From Candidatus Limnocylindrales bacterium (GTDB lineage: Bacteria > Acidobacteriota > Terriglobia > Bryobacterales > Bryobacteraceae): DNA of 40,000 bases. Location: positions 1 to 40,000 of the forward strand of contig DATNFO010000075.1 of assembly GCA_035606355.1 (NCBI GenBank), written 5' to 3'. Both the position numbers and the translations under genes were made by a program. The notes under the pieces are model-generated. The model saw nothing but the letters and a program-made list of their open reading frames with translations. It was not told the DNA's origin and did not search any database. Of the stretch, positions 21,817 through 31,534 are shown one piece after another; the stretch's first letter is position 1; the number at the start of each line of letters is the position of its first letter.

Positions 21817-23145
21817 ATGAGCGATTACATCTACATGTTGGAGAGCCACCTGAGTCCGGACCAGAACCGGGTGGTGGAAGAAGTGCAGGCGGCTGCCGCG
21901 CCGGCCAACGTGAACCTATTCCTGACCGGCGGCGCGATGCGCGATATGCTGAGCGGCAACCGTATACGCGATCTGGATTTCGTGGTGGAAGGCAACGCGA
22001 TCAAGGTGGCCAAGAGCATTGCGGATCGCGGCACGGCGCGGATTGTGGCTACGGACGAAGATCGCAAGACCGCCGACCTGGTGTTCGCCAGCGGTGTCAC
22101 GGCGCAGATCGCCATGTCGCGCCAGGAGAAAGTAGGGCGCGGCGGCAAGGCGCAGATTTCACCGGCAACGATTCAGGATGACCTGCGCCGCCGCGATTTC
22201 ACTTGTAACGCGATCGCTTTATCGCTGAATAAAGCGTCGCGCGGACTGCTGCTGGATCCGCTGAACGGATTGGCGGACATCGAGCACAAGGAATTGCGGG
22301 CGGCCAGCGGGTATGGTTTCTATGACGATCCGTCGCGGCTGCTGCGCATGACGCGTCTCAGCGTGCGGCTGGGCTTCGCAATCGAAGAGCGCACGCGCAT
22401 GCAGGTGGAAAACGCGCGGGAAGCGCAGGTGGAGCAGCAGATTCCCGCTCGCGCATTGAGCGATGAGCTGCGGCGCATCAGCGGGGAAGACGCGCCTTCG
22501 GAAATTCTGACGCTTTTGAGCGAGAGCGGTCTGTTGAAGCTTTTCTCGCCGGCGCTGGAGGGCGCGAAGCTAAACCTCGCGGGCATACAGCGGCTCGAAA
22601 AGGCCGCGAAGATGCTGCCGGACGATATCAAAACCCGAGCCGCGCGCCTCGGTCCGTTCCTCTATTCGCTCACCGAAAAGCTGTCGCCGAAAGAAAAGGC
22701 CGCGCTGATCAAATCGACCGCGATGCCGAAGATCGACGTTGACGCGTGGCAGAAGCTCGAGGCGAAAGCCAAGAAACTGGAGACGGCGCTGCGCAGCGCG
22801 CGTATCAAGAAAGCATCTCAGGTCTACCACCTGGTGAACAACGCCGCGCCGGACGAGGTGCTGTTCCTGCTGTATCACTCGACCTTCAAACCGGTGCAGG
22901 AGCGGTTGCGCAATTATTTTCAAAAGTATCTTCCACAAGTGCAGGAGATTCTTCCGGAGGAATGGGCCAGCGTGGAAGGAAAGCCGGGAACGCCAAAATA
23001 CAACAAGGCTCGCGAGGACTTTGTTTCGCACCGGCTGGATCGAAGGGTAAAGAAGCCGGTGCCCGCGCCGGAATTGCCGCCGCCACCGCCTCCGCCGAGC
23101 TCGTGGACTACGCCTCAGACGGCAATGTCGCGCAGAGGACGATAA
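21817..23145 (+). CDS. tRNA nucleotidyltransferase / poly(A) polymerase family protein
   Basis: NLFLTGGAMRDMLSGNRIRDLDFVVEG matches the GGxVRD...DxD nucleotidyltransferase head domain. Proline-rich C-terminal tail. Confidence 0.75.
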   Translation: MSDYIYMLESHLSPDQNRVVEEVQAAAAPANVNLFLTGGAMRDMLSGNRIRDLDFVVEGNAIKVAKSIADRGTARIVATDEDRKTADLVFASGVTAQIAMSRQEKVGRGGKAQISPATIQDDLRRRDFTCNAIALSLNKASRGLLLDPLNGLADIEHKELRAASGYGFYDDPSRLLRMTRLSVRLGFAIEERTRMQVENAREAQVEQQIPARALSDELRRISGEDAPSEILTLLSESGLLKLFSPALEGAKLNLAGIQRLEKAAKMLPDDIKTRAARLGPFLYSLTEKLSPKEKAALIKSTAMPKIDVDAWQKLEAKAKKLETALRSARIKKASQVYHLVNNAAPDEVLFLLYHSTFKPVQERLRNYFQKYLPQVQEILPEEWASVEGKPGTPKYNKAREDFVSHRLDRRVKKPVPAPELPPPPPPPSSWTTPQTAMSRRGR

Positions 23146-23148
23146 AAC

Positions 23149-23193
23149 CGAAGTTCCGGAATCGCGCTCTTCCAACGCGAAACCGGAACTTCG
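23149..23193. terminator. Hairpin between convergent genes (probable bidirectional terminator)
   Basis: CGAAGTTCCGG (23149-23159) and CCGGAACTTCG (23183-23193) form a perfect 11-bp inverted repeat. It starts 4 nt after the TAA at 23143-23145. Confidence 0.55.
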
Positions 23194-23275
23194 ATTTGCG
23201 CCCCCGACGCAAAGGGTCGCAAGGTGTTATCTGCACTGTAAGCCCACGCGTTCGCAACATCAATGCTGGAAATGG

Positions 23276-23614
23276 TTAACGGGAGTCGACTGGCAGTTTT
23301 TGCTTGCTGGTTAACGGAACTTTCAGATTGAAAAGGGCGATGCGGCGGTTCAGGGCGGACGCACGCGCAAGACGCTCGGCCGGGTCGCACGCTGCAAGGC
23401 GGCGGCTCTCTTCTTCGATTTCGCGCGCCTCGATAATCCAGTCGGGGGCGAAGCCGTTGTTCTTAAGGATGTGGTTGGCCATGCGCTCCGAAGGATCTTC
23501 GAAGGGGTCCACGCTTAGGTCGAGAGGCTTTCCGCGGCCCTCGAGGTTGTCGAACGCGCCCTCGTCCATAGCTTCGCGAATCTTGCGCTCGGCAACGAGG
23601 TTCCAGACGTCCAT
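23276..23614 (-). CDS. DUF1992 (DnaJ-homolog subfamily C28-like) protein
   Basis: VAERKIREAMDEGAFDNLEGRGKPLDL is the characteristic DUF1992 N-terminal motif. Confidence 0.7.
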   Translation of the reverse strand: MDVWNLVAERKIREAMDEGAFDNLEGRGKPLDLSVDPFEDPSERMANHILKNNGFAPDWIIEAREIEEESRRLAACDPAERLARASALNRRIALFNLKVPLTSKQKLPVDSR

Positions 23615-23653
23615 GCTTCGATTTTAGAATGTTACGAACGCAAAAGCCGGCCG

Positions 23654-24481
23654 TTACTCGCTATACCTGATTTCGCCTTGCCTTGCGGTAATCGCCGAGT
23701 AGGCGAGCAGCATCGCTCCCACGGCGAAGAGGCCGAGGATGGCCAGCCATGCGGGAGTGGGGTCGGTTTCGGTGATCATCAGATTGAGCGGCGGCGGCAG
23801 CGGAACCTCCACCGGGCAGAGGTTACGCAAGTAAAAAATCACGCTGATCTTCTTCAGCAGGCTCGGCAGGAACGGGTTGATGCCTTCCCACACGAACACT
23901 ACCGCGGCTGGAATCATCGGATTGCGGAACAGAATTCCGCAGGTGAGGAACACGGCGCCGTAGCCGATACACGCCAGGGCGGTGACGGTGAGGTACCACT
24001 CAAGCTGCGTCAAACCGGGGCCGTGAAAGATGTAATCGTTGTACAGCGCGCCCCAATGCCTGCCGATCAACAGGAAGGACGCAGCCACGCTGAACAGGAA
24101 GAGCACCAGCGCGACAGCCACACCACTCAAATATTTGCCGAGCACCAGCACCTCGCGCCGTACGGGCGTCAGGTAGTAGTAATGCAGCGTTTTTTCGAGC
24201 ATCTCGCCACGGAAGAGATTGGTGAAGATTCCGACCGCTCCGAAAAAGATGGCGCCGCGCAGAAAGAAGAACTGGAACATAGCGGCGAACGCCACCACGT
24301 CATCGCCGAGCACATGATTGGTATTCGCGCGGCGGACGTTCATTTCGAAAAGCCAGTGCAGGAGACAGAGCACCACAGGTCCGGCGGCAAGGAAATAGAT
24401 CCACCACCCGCGGCGCGAGAGGAAGGTCTTCTTCAATTCGAGCCGGAGAATGCCCGTGAGTTGGCGGCCGACGGAGTTCAT
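23654..24481 (-). CDS. ABC-2 type transporter permease (second pair)
   Basis: 275 aa with about 6 hydrophobic segments. ATGA overlap with the upstream ATPase. Confidence 0.7.
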   Translation of the reverse strand: MNSVGRQLTGILRLELKKTFLSRRGWWIYFLAAGPVVLCLLHWLFEMNVRRANTNHVLGDDVVAFAAMFQFFFLRGAIFFGAVGIFTNLFRGEMLEKTLHYYYLTPVRREVLVLGKYLSGVAVALVLFLFSVAASFLLIGRHWGALYNDYIFHGPGLTQLEWYLTVTALACIGYGAVFLTCGILFRNPMIPAAVVFVWEGINPFLPSLLKKISVIFYLRNLCPVEVPLPPPLNLMITETDPTPAWLAILGLFAVGAMLLAYSAITARQGEIRYSE

Positions 24482-25422
24482 ACGGTGGCTCCTTCGCTGC
24501 CGATGAGGTATTGATAAACGGAGTTGACGTCGTCGTCGGCGGGCGCGACGGATTCCACTTCAAAGCCGGCGTCGAGGATCACGCGATTCAGCAGCAGGTA
24601 AAAATTGTCGGCATCGGTGGTGCGCAGTAACAGGCCGCGGCCATCGCGCGATACCTTCGCTTCCACCACGTGGTCCTGCTGAAAGAGGCGCGAGGCAAGC
24701 TCATGCGGACGGTCGCAACGCACTTCAATCTGCATCGGCTGCTCTTTCACTTCGCTGCGCACGCCCTGAATCTCGCCTTCGGCGACCACGTAGCCGTGAC
24801 TGAGCAGGATCACCTGATCGGAGATGCGGTCCACTTCATGCAGAATGTGGCTGGAGACGATCACGTGGCGGCCTTTGCCGCCCCACTCCTGGAACAGGGC
24901 GATGGTTTCCGCGCGCGCCATCGGGTCCAAGCCGTTGAGGGGCTCGTCGAGAACGAGCACTTGCGGATCGTGCGCGATGGCCTGCGCGAGTTTCACGCGC
25001 TGGCGCATTCCTTTGCTATACGATGCCACCGGACGGTTGGCCGCTCCGAACATATTGACGCGTTGCAGCGCGGTGGTGGTCAGCGCTTCGCACTCGGCGT
25101 GCGAATAGCCGTAGAGGCGCAGGAAGGAATAGACAAACTGGAATCCGGTAAGCCCTTTGGGAAAAGCGTCGAATTGGGCGCAATAGCCGAGAATGCGGCA
25201 GAGCTGCTCCGGATGATCGGGCGAAGTTCCCAGCACCGAAAGTTCTCCCTGAGTCGGCCTGATGAGGCCGCACATCAGGTTCATCAGCGTGGTCTTGCCG
25301 GAGCCGTTCGGCCCCACCAGGCTCGTGATGCCCGGCGGAACGGAAAGATTGACTTTGTTGACTCCGAGCACCTCGCCGTAAAAACGCGAGACGTTGGCGA
25401 AGGTGATGAGCTTATCGTTCAT
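24478..25422 (-). CDS. ABC transporter ATP-binding protein (second pair)
   Basis: Start set at ATG 25422 ([11 protein letters not shown]...), an ATGA overlap with the permease stop. Walker A GPNGSGKTT, signature YSKGMRQR, Walker B VLVLDEP. Confidence 0.88.
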   Translation of the reverse strand: MNDKLITFANVSRFYGEVLGVNKVNLSVPPGITSLVGPNGSGKTTLMNLMCGLIRPTQGELSVLGTSPDHPEQLCRILGYCAQFDAFPKGLTGFQFVYSFLRLYGYSHAECEALTTTALQRVNMFGAANRPVASYSKGMRQRVKLAQAIAHDPQVLVLDEPLNGLDPMARAETIALFQEWGGKGRHVIVSSHILHEVDRISDQVILLSHGYVVAEGEIQGVRSEVKEQPMQIEVRCDRPHELASRLFQQDHVVEAKVSRDGRGLLLRTTDADNFYLLLNRVILDAGFEVESVAPADDDVNSVYQYLIGSEGATV

Positions 25423-26321
25423 CGCACCACCTCCGCACCGCGAATCTTCCGCCGCAGCATGTACAGGCAAACTCCGCAGAGCACCAGGAGCGCGCCCCAG
25501 CAGCACCACAAAGGAAGCTCTTCGCCCTGCGTGACGCGAAAGAAGACCGCTCCGTTGGTGGTGGCGTTGCTGCCTTCGAACAAATAAACCCAGACCTGGC
25601 CGACCAGGTCGCTGATTTCGAGCAGGTGTCCCCATTTGGTCCGCTGCACGGCGTCAATGGTTGCGCCGAAGGCCGCGGCTACGAAGAACACTCCGAACAT
25701 CAGCGCGCCGGCCGCGGGTTTCCATTTCACCCACGCGGAGAGCGCCAAGGCGAGCAGCGCCAGCACAACGATCCAGACCCAGGAAGCGATGAAGATGCCG
25801 CTGGCAAGCCGGGAATTCGCGCTCACCCACGTCCAGCCTTCCAAATATCCCTGCAACAGGAATAAAAGAAGTCCGGGCACCCAGGTCATCAGCGAGAGCA
25901 GGATAGCAAGCACGGACATCTTGCCGAACACGTACTCGACACGCGAAAACGGGCGCGCCAGATAGAGCGATAGCGCATTATTGGCGAGGTCCGGCGAGAT
26001 CAATCCCGGCCCGACAAACGCCGCCATGAACAGCGCGAGCATGCTCTGCCAGCCCAGCATGTTCAGAAAGAACGTGACGTTGATGGAGATCAGTTGCTGC
26101 GCCGCCTGTGCATTGAAGACGCGCAGCGCGCTGGCATTGTGCTGCAGATAAATGAGCAGCGCGCAAACCAGCGGGTAGAGAAATGACGCAATGAAGAAAA
26201 TGGTGAGAAACCGGCTGCGGTGCAAGTCTTCAAAGGAATACCGCGGCAGCACGAGGAGCCGGCGCCATCCGGGCGTGAGCCGGCCTTCGTACGGCCGGTA
26301 GGTTTTCTTATAAACGGCCAC
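25419..26321 (-). CDS. ABC-2 type transporter permease (first pair)
   Basis: 300 aa, multiple TM segments, 14-nt overlap with the upstream ATPase gene. Confidence 0.7.
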   Translation of the reverse strand: MAVYKKTYRPYEGRLTPGWRRLLVLPRYSFEDLHRSRFLTIFFIASFLYPLVCALLIYLQHNASALRVFNAQAAQQLISINVTFFLNMLGWQSMLALFMAAFVGPGLISPDLANNALSLYLARPFSRVEYVFGKMSVLAILLSLMTWVPGLLLFLLQGYLEGWTWVSANSRLASGIFIASWVWIVVLALLALALSAWVKWKPAAGALMFGVFFVAAAFGATIDAVQRTKWGHLLEISDLVGQVWVYLFEGSNATTNGAVFFRVTQGEELPLWCCWGALLVLCGVCLYMLRRKIRGAEVVR

Positions 26322-27240
26322 CGGGCGCCTCCATGGCTTTCAGGAAAATGTCTTCGAGCGAATCGCGCTTGTGGTTCAGCCGCCGGATCTGAACGTTCTG
26401 GCTGGCGGCGATCTCGAACAACTCGCGGAGGGCCAGGCCCTCCGGCAGAATCAGCTTGATACGTCCTTGTGCTCCGATAGCCGTCTGGCAGCCCAGGCGC
26501 TCGACGGCGTGCAGGAAATCGCCATTTGTGCCGCCGCGGGTTTCCAGTTCCAGGAAGCGGCGATTGGAGCGGCGCTCCTCTTCTAAATTGCAAAAGGCGG
26601 CGATCTCTCCGTCTTTGAGAATGAGGGCCTGGTCGCAGCACTCTTCCACATCGCGCAGCAGGTGCGAGGAGAGGACGATGTGCAGGTCGCCGCGATCGCG
26701 AATTTCCTGAATCAACTGAATCATGCGCAGACGGGCCGGCGGATCGAGACCGTTGGTCGGCTCATCCAGAAAGACCAGCTTGGGACCGTGCACGATGGCC
26801 TGCGCGAGCTTCGCCGACTGCTTCATGCCGAGCGAATATGTGCCGAGATTGCGATACCGGACCTCGCCGAGCCCGACATAGAAGAATGCTTCGTGAGCGC
26901 GCTCCAGGGCAGCTTCCGGCGGCACGCCGCTCAACTCTGCCATCAGGCGGACCATGTGCACGCCGGACATTGATGCGATAAACGCGTCGTTTTCCGGCAT
27001 GAAGCCGACGAGTGAACGAATGGCCCGGGCTTCCGTGCGCACATCGCGCCCCAGGATGCGCGCTGTGCCGGAAGAAGGTTTATGAAACCCGAGCAGCGTG
27101 TTCAGCAGGGTGGACTTTCCTGCGCCGTTCGGCCCCAGCAGGCCGATGCAGCGTCCGGTGAGCGCCGCCGAAAGACGCTTGAGGATGGTGCGGGGGCCGA
27201 AGCGGACCTCCAGGCCGTCCAACTCAATCACTGGTTGCAT
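26308..27240 (-). CDS. ABC transporter ATP-binding protein (first pair)
   Basis: Walker [10 protein letters not shown], signature YSLGMKQS, Walker [14 protein letters not shown]-terminal extension of about 90 aa. Confidence 0.88.
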   Translation of the reverse strand: MQPVIELDGLEVRFGPRTILKRLSAALTGRCIGLLGPNGAGKSTLLNTLLGFHKPSSGTARILGRDVRTEARAIRSLVGFMPENDAFIASMSGVHMVRLMAELSGVPPEAALERAHEAFFYVGLGEVRYRNLGTYSLGMKQSAKLAQAIVHGPKLVFLDEPTNGLDPPARLRMIQLIQEIRDRGDLHIVLSSHLLRDVEECCDQALILKDGEIAAFCNLEEERRSNRRFLELETRGGTNGDFLHAVERLGCQTAIGAQGRIKLILPEGLALRELFEIAASQNVQIRRLNHKRDSLEDIFLKAMEAPGGRL

Positions 27241-27289
27241 TATTTAACGATACGGCTTTCGAGGTTCGGATGTTCCAACAGGGTCCGCC

Positions 27290-29716
27290 TTATCTTCGCT
27301 GCGGAGCTGCGCCGATAAATTGCTGCATCGGCACCATGGAACCGACGAGCCCGGCGACGTTTCCGCTCATGAAGTTGGTGAGGGCTTCGCCGAGCACATT
27401 GCTGTTGCCGGCGACGGTGATGCGATCCGGTTCTCCGTACGCCGCGATCATCGTCGGCTTGAGGTTGCCGAGGCGCTGTAGCGTCTCCTGCTGCTGCTTG
27501 TTGACGGGGCCGAACAGGCCGGCGAATCCGGCGAGAGGCGCCAGCGTGGTGCCCAGGTTTTCATAGAGCAGCGCGGAAAAATCGGCATGCCGGTCCCGCG
27601 GCGTCATGGAGGTGAACTTCGAAGCGTGGGAAACCGACAATCCAGTGGACCTCACTTGGAGAGCACGGGAGACCAGATCCCGAGTGGGTGCCGCTATGAG
27701 GTAACCGTCGGCGAATGTGTAGTGCGCTTCGGCGAGGGGGCCGGCGCCGGAAAGTACAATGGAGTAAAAGGTCCGGCCGGAGACGGTCTCCTGACCGAGC
27801 TCGAGGCTTCGATGGCCCGTCCTGACGGCTTCGGCATTGTATGCAGCGGCGTGGTTCTGCAACGCCGCCTGCACCCGGGCGGGGTTATAGACTTCGGCGA
27901 CCAGTTTCCATGACGGCACAGGGAAAGCCGGCCCATCGAGTGACACTGCAACTTCGCCACCCAAAGCGGAAGCGAAATCGGACCCGACGGCGAGGTTCTG
28001 ATGGAAGAGGTTGCCGAGGGCCTCGACGACCGCCGCGGGACGCTGCGCGATGAACGCCGCCACTACCGTTGCGTCCTGCGAAATGAATTCGAGCGAGCCC
28101 ATGGGAGCGGGCGCTGCAAGCCACGCGGCCATTCCGCTGCGCTCTCCCGCGAAGCCGAGAGAAGCGCTGGCCTCCATCTGATGGTTGACCTCTTTTTGTT
28201 CGGCAATAAAATAACGTCCGGTGGCCGGGCCTTGCGCGCCCAGGTCCGCGGCGAATAGAATACCGGCGCCATCGTCGTATACGTCCGCGATGCGGTTGTA
28301 GAACGGAGTGCCGCGGAAGCTGCCGCTGGCATTATCGAGCGCAGGCGCGAAGCGATTGACGGCGTCCGCCACGGGGCCGAAGACCACCAGACCGTTGCGC
28401 GATTGGAGGGGCAGCGGCAGACCCTGAGCCTTCAGAAAATCCGCGAAACCGTCACGCTTTACTTCGGCGAAAAAGAGGGGAGCATCCACGTCGCCCTTGG
28501 GCGACCTGGTCACGACGATGGCGATTTCAGACCCCAGATATTCGCTGGCGGCCCTGAGCTTCTCGACGATGGCGAGGGCTCCGGCGGCATGCCGCGGAAG
28601 CAATCCACTGAGTTCGGGATTCCGATCCATCTTCTGCTGGAAAACGGTCTCGGCATTGGCGAGATAGCCCGCAAGATTGGGAATGCTGGCGTAGAACGCG
28701 GTATTCGCCGGCAGGCGATCCAGCAGGCTGCTGGAGTAGCGCAGGTCCGGCAGATGAATCTGTCCGACTCCATTGCGAAGGGCAGCGAGCTGTTGCGTGT
28801 AGCGGTCGCGATTGCGGCTCCAGGAGATATCTTCCTTCACGGACTCGGGTTCGAGCTCCGCGGTGGTGACCGTCTGATCGCCCGGGTGCAACACGCGGTC
28901 CGTATTGTTTTGAGTGACGTGGACTTCGCCTTGCACCACCGAAACGCGCGACCCCTTCACGCCGGAGGTGACGCCGAAGACCGTGCCGGTCACGGCCACG
29001 CGGCAATCGCCGGTTTCGACATAGAGGTGACTCTTGCGGCGATGCGCCGCCTGCACGATGATGCTGCCGCGTCCCAGCCGCACGGTGAGATCGGCGGCGG
29101 AATGCGCGGTAGTCAGGCTGGAACGCTCGCGCAGTTCGACTACGGAACCGTCGCGCAGCTCCAGCATCGCGGTGGAATCCTTGGCAGTGCGCAGCTCAAC
29201 GCCTTCGGGCAACGGCTGACCGGCTGCAAGCGCGTGAATGCCATCGGCGGAGACTTCGAACAGAGTGCCGTTGACGCTCTGTATGACGGCGTGGCCGGTG
29301 GGTTCGCCGAAGCGATCGTACGCCAGCCAGACGGAGATACCGGCGGCGGCAATCACGGCCGCGGCTGCCGCCCAGCGAACGTTGAAGGTGGACTTGCGAA
29401 CCACGGGGCGCGCGGGCATGACCGACACCCGCCCTTCATAAACCCGGCGGCAGGCGACGCATTCGTGAAGGTGGTCGCGGAGCAGCGTTGCCCGATCTTC
29501 GGAAAGGCGGCCGGCTTTGAAATCCGGGATGAGGGCCTGGAAGCCCTCACAGCCGCGAATTGCTTCGCCATCGGCAGCGCCGGCGACGGCAGCGGAGAGC
29601 CGGGCCCAGCCGCGATCGGCGGCGGCGGCAACTGCGACGTCACCAGGATCGGCGGCGCGCAGTTCCTGAAGAGCCTGCTCCAGCATGGAATCGTTAAACG
29701 TGTTTTCCGGGGTCAT
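27290..29716 (-). CDS. Membrane anti-sigma factor: ZAS (zf-HC2) domain, one TM helix, FecR-like domain, then about 510 aa of unassigned extracytoplasmic region
   Basis: C56-x25-H82-x3-C86-x2-C89 (GCEGF...HLHECVACRR). TM helix WAAAAAVIAAAGISVWLAY. Beta-rich FecR-like segment (LRTAKDSTAMLELRDGSVVELRERSSL...GTVFGV). ATGA overlap with the ECF sigma gene. Confidence 0.75.
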   Translation of the reverse strand: MTPENTFNDSMLEQALQELRAADPGDVAVAAAADRGWARLSAAVAGAADGEAIRGCEGFQALIPDFKAGRLSEDRATLLRDHLHECVACRRVYEGRVSVMPARPVVRKSTFNVRWAAAAAVIAAAGISVWLAYDRFGEPTGHAVIQSVNGTLFEVSADGIHALAAGQPLPEGVELRTAKDSTAMLELRDGSVVELRERSSLTTAHSAADLTVRLGRGSIIVQAAHRRKSHLYVETGDCRVAVTGTVFGVTSGVKGSRVSVVQGEVHVTQNNTDRVLHPGDQTVTTAELEPESVKEDISWSRNRDRYTQQLAALRNGVGQIHLPDLRYSSSLLDRLPANTAFYASIPNLAGYLANAETVFQQKMDRNPELSGLLPRHAAGALAIVEKLRAASEYLGSEIAIVVTRSPKGDVDAPLFFAEVKRDGFADFLKAQGLPLPLQSRNGLVVFGPVADAVNRFAPALDNASGSFRGTPFYNRIADVYDDGAGILFAADLGAQGPATGRYFIAEQKEVNHQMEASASLGFAGERSGMAAWLAAPAPMGSLEFISQDATVVAAFIAQRPAAVVEALGNLFHQNLAVGSDFASALGGEVAVSLDGPAFPVPSWKLVAEVYNPARVQAALQNHAAAYNAEAVRTGHRSLELGQETVSGRTFYSIVLSGAGPLAEAHYTFADGYLIAAPTRDLVSRALQVRSTGLSVSHASKFTSMTPRDRHADFSALLYENLGTTLAPLAGFAGLFGPVNKQQQETLQRLGNLKPTMIAAYGEPDRITVAGNSNVLGEALTNFMSGNVAGLVGSMVPMQQFIGAAPQRR

Positions 29717-30276
29717 GCTACACCTCCGAGCTCGGCGCGGAATTCTTTTTCCAGGCGGTCGCGCGTGCGGGAGAGGGTCACCGCAACGGTACCGGGAGTG
29801 GTGTTCAGAATACGGGCGATTTCGGGATTATCCTTTCCATCGAAGAAGCGCAGCATGAACATTTCCGCGATGCGCGGATTGAGGCGGGCCAAGGCGCCGC
29901 GGAGCCACTCGCGGATCTCTCCGGAGCTTTGTACGCGATCGGGGTTGCGATGCGGCGCTTCGGCGAGAACGGGCTCCAGATCGTCCAGCGGAACGTTGCG
30001 TATGTTCTGGCGGGAGCGCACCAGGTCTAGCGCGGCGTTGACGGCGGCGCGGTGAAGGAAACTCGCCATGTTGCCGACGGGTTGGGATTCAGGGGCGCGC
30101 TTCACCATTCGTAGAAAAACGGTCTGAACGACATCTTCGGCATCGGTGGCATTCCCGCAGACGCGATACGCGGCACGGTAAACCAGCGCGTGATGCTCGC
30201 GGAAGATTCGCTCCAGATCCGATAAGTCTGGTGGGGCCGTTTGCGAAGGATCAGCCATTAGCGCAGTCGCTTTCAT
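29713..30276 (-). CDS. ECF-type RNA polymerase sigma-70 family factor
   Basis: 187 aa. Region 2 (ALVYRAAYRVCGNATDAEDVVQTVFLRM) and region 4 HTH (EIARILNTTPGTVAVTLSRTRDRL). Confidence 0.88.
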   Translation of the reverse strand: MKATALMADPSQTAPPDLSDLERIFREHHALVYRAAYRVCGNATDAEDVVQTVFLRMVKRAPESQPVGNMASFLHRAAVNAALDLVRSRQNIRNVPLDDLEPVLAEAPHRNPDRVQSSGEIREWLRGALARLNPRIAEMFMLRFFDGKDNPEIARILNTTPGTVAVTLSRTRDRLEKEFRAELGGVA

Positions 30277-30300
30277 GCTATCAGGGCTCTTCGATGGAGG

Positions 30301-30326
30301 GACGCGCGGAGGAGCCTTGCGTTAAC
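30301..30326 (-). promoter_or_regulatory. Candidate ECF-type autoregulated promoter
   Basis: On the minus strand, GTTAAC (30326-30321), 16 nt, then CGTC (30304-30301), ending 24 nt upstream of the sigma ATG. Resembles the generic AAC-N16-CGTC pattern of ECF promoters. By eye only. Confidence 0.3.
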
Positions 30327-30341
30327 ACTGCGTAACGATAT

Positions 30342-30372
30342 AAAAAAAGCTCCACGCGATGAGGCGTGGAGC
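30342..30372 (-). terminator. Rho-independent terminator downstream of korB
   Basis: The minus strand reads GCTCCACGC-CTCATC-GCGTGGAGC followed by TTTTTTT (plus-strand A-run 30342-30348). Confidence 0.8.
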
Positions 30373-30490
30373 ATGGAGGTCTAAAACAATCTGTCTCGGA
30401 GGATGACAGACCGTGATGATCTTAACATCCGCGTATTGACAAATCAATACGAAACCCATCGTCCCGGAGGGGGGATAGGTACCGTTAACA

Positions 30491-31534
30491 CTATCTGAGC
30501 TCCTCCATTGCCTGTTCCAACACCGCAGCTGAGGGGCGGATTTTCGATTCAGGCAGGGTCGCGAGTGGCTGGTCAGCCAGGTTCAGCAGTTCCGTAAAGG
30601 TCGGCTTTTCGGTATTGACGTAGAGTACTCCGGTGAGAACTTCGCCTTTGGATTCAGCCGATTCCAGAGCAGCGAGGGCGCCGAACTTGTCCTTCGGGTT
30701 GTAATCCCGGTGCAGCTTCCGGATGCGCAGGTGCGAGCCATCGTGCAATTGCACGTCGGTGGCTTCGCCTTCGGGGATGTCCACGGAGATATCTTCGAAG
30801 AAAGGAACGAAGTCGAGCTCGTGAAGTACGGCTTCGTGTTCTTTCATATACCCGTAGCTCTTGGTTGAGCCTACGTGGTCATTGAACGTAACGCATGGCG
30901 AAATGACGTCGATAACGCTGAGGCCATTGTGCGCGATGGCGGTCTTTAAGATTGCCTGAAGCTGTCTTTTATCGCCGCTGAAGGAACGTGCCACGAAAGT
31001 GGCGCCCCATTTGAGGGCGAGGGCGCAGCAGTCGAAGGGCGGCAGATCATTCGGCGTGCCCGTCTTCAGGGTTGAGCCAAGGTCTGCCGTGGCCGAAAAC
31101 TGGCCCTTGGTGAGGCCGTAAACGCCATTGTTTTCGATGATGTAGATCAGCGGCATGTTGCGGCGGACCAGGTGCATGAACTGGCCGATGCCGATGGAAG
31201 CCGTATCCCCGTCGCCGGTGACTCCGAGGCCCATCATGGTGCGATTGGCGAGCAGCGCGCCGGTGGCGATAGCGGGCATGCGCCCGTGGACGCCATTGAA
31301 TCCATGCGCCAGCCCGAGGAAGTAGGCCGGCGACTTCGACGAGCAGCCGATGCCCGAAAATTTGGCGACGGTAAACGGGTCCACCCCGAGCTCATAGAAG
31401 CATTCCACAATGCGCTCGCTGATGGCGTTGTGTCCGCAGCCGGCACACAGGGTGGTCCTGCTGCCTTTGTAATTGAGGACTTCCAGCCCGAGGCGGTTGA
31501 CCTTTTTGGGCGGGGGAGTAACGGTGGCGCTCAT
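30491..31534 (-). CDS. korB: 2-oxoacid:ferredoxin oxidoreductase, beta subunit
   Basis: TLCAGCGHNAI and the TPP-binding GDGDTASIGIGQFMHLVRRNMPLIYIIENNGVYGLTKGQ. ATGA overlap with the alpha subunit gene. Confidence 0.85.
   Translation of the reverse strand: MSATVTPPPKKVNRLGLEVLNYKGSRTTLCAGCGHNAISERIVECFYELGVDPFTVAKFSGIGCSSKSPAYFLGLAHGFNGVHGRMPAIATGALLANRTMMGLGVTGDGDTASIGIGQFMHLVRRNMPLIYIIENNGVYGLTKGQFSATADLGSTLKTGTPNDLPPFDCCALALKWGATFVARSFSGDKRQLQAILKTAIAHNGLSVIDVISPCVTFNDHVGSTKSYGYMKEHEAVLHELDFVPFFEDISVDIPEGEATDVQLHDGSHLRIRKLHRDYNPKDKFGALAALESAESKGEVLTGVLYVNTEKPTFTELLNLADQPLATLPESKIRPSAAVLEQAMEELR

Noticed and set aside
23678-25587. Plus-strand ORFs 23678-24514 (278 aa) and 24670-25587 (305 aa)
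   Set aside because: They are antisense to the ABC permease and ATPase genes that carry Walker/signature motifs and TM segments.
28403-30055. 550-aa plus-strand ORF opposite the anti-sigma and sigma genes
   Set aside because: It is antisense to two genes with clear motifs. Its composition is typical of a high-GC shadow frame.
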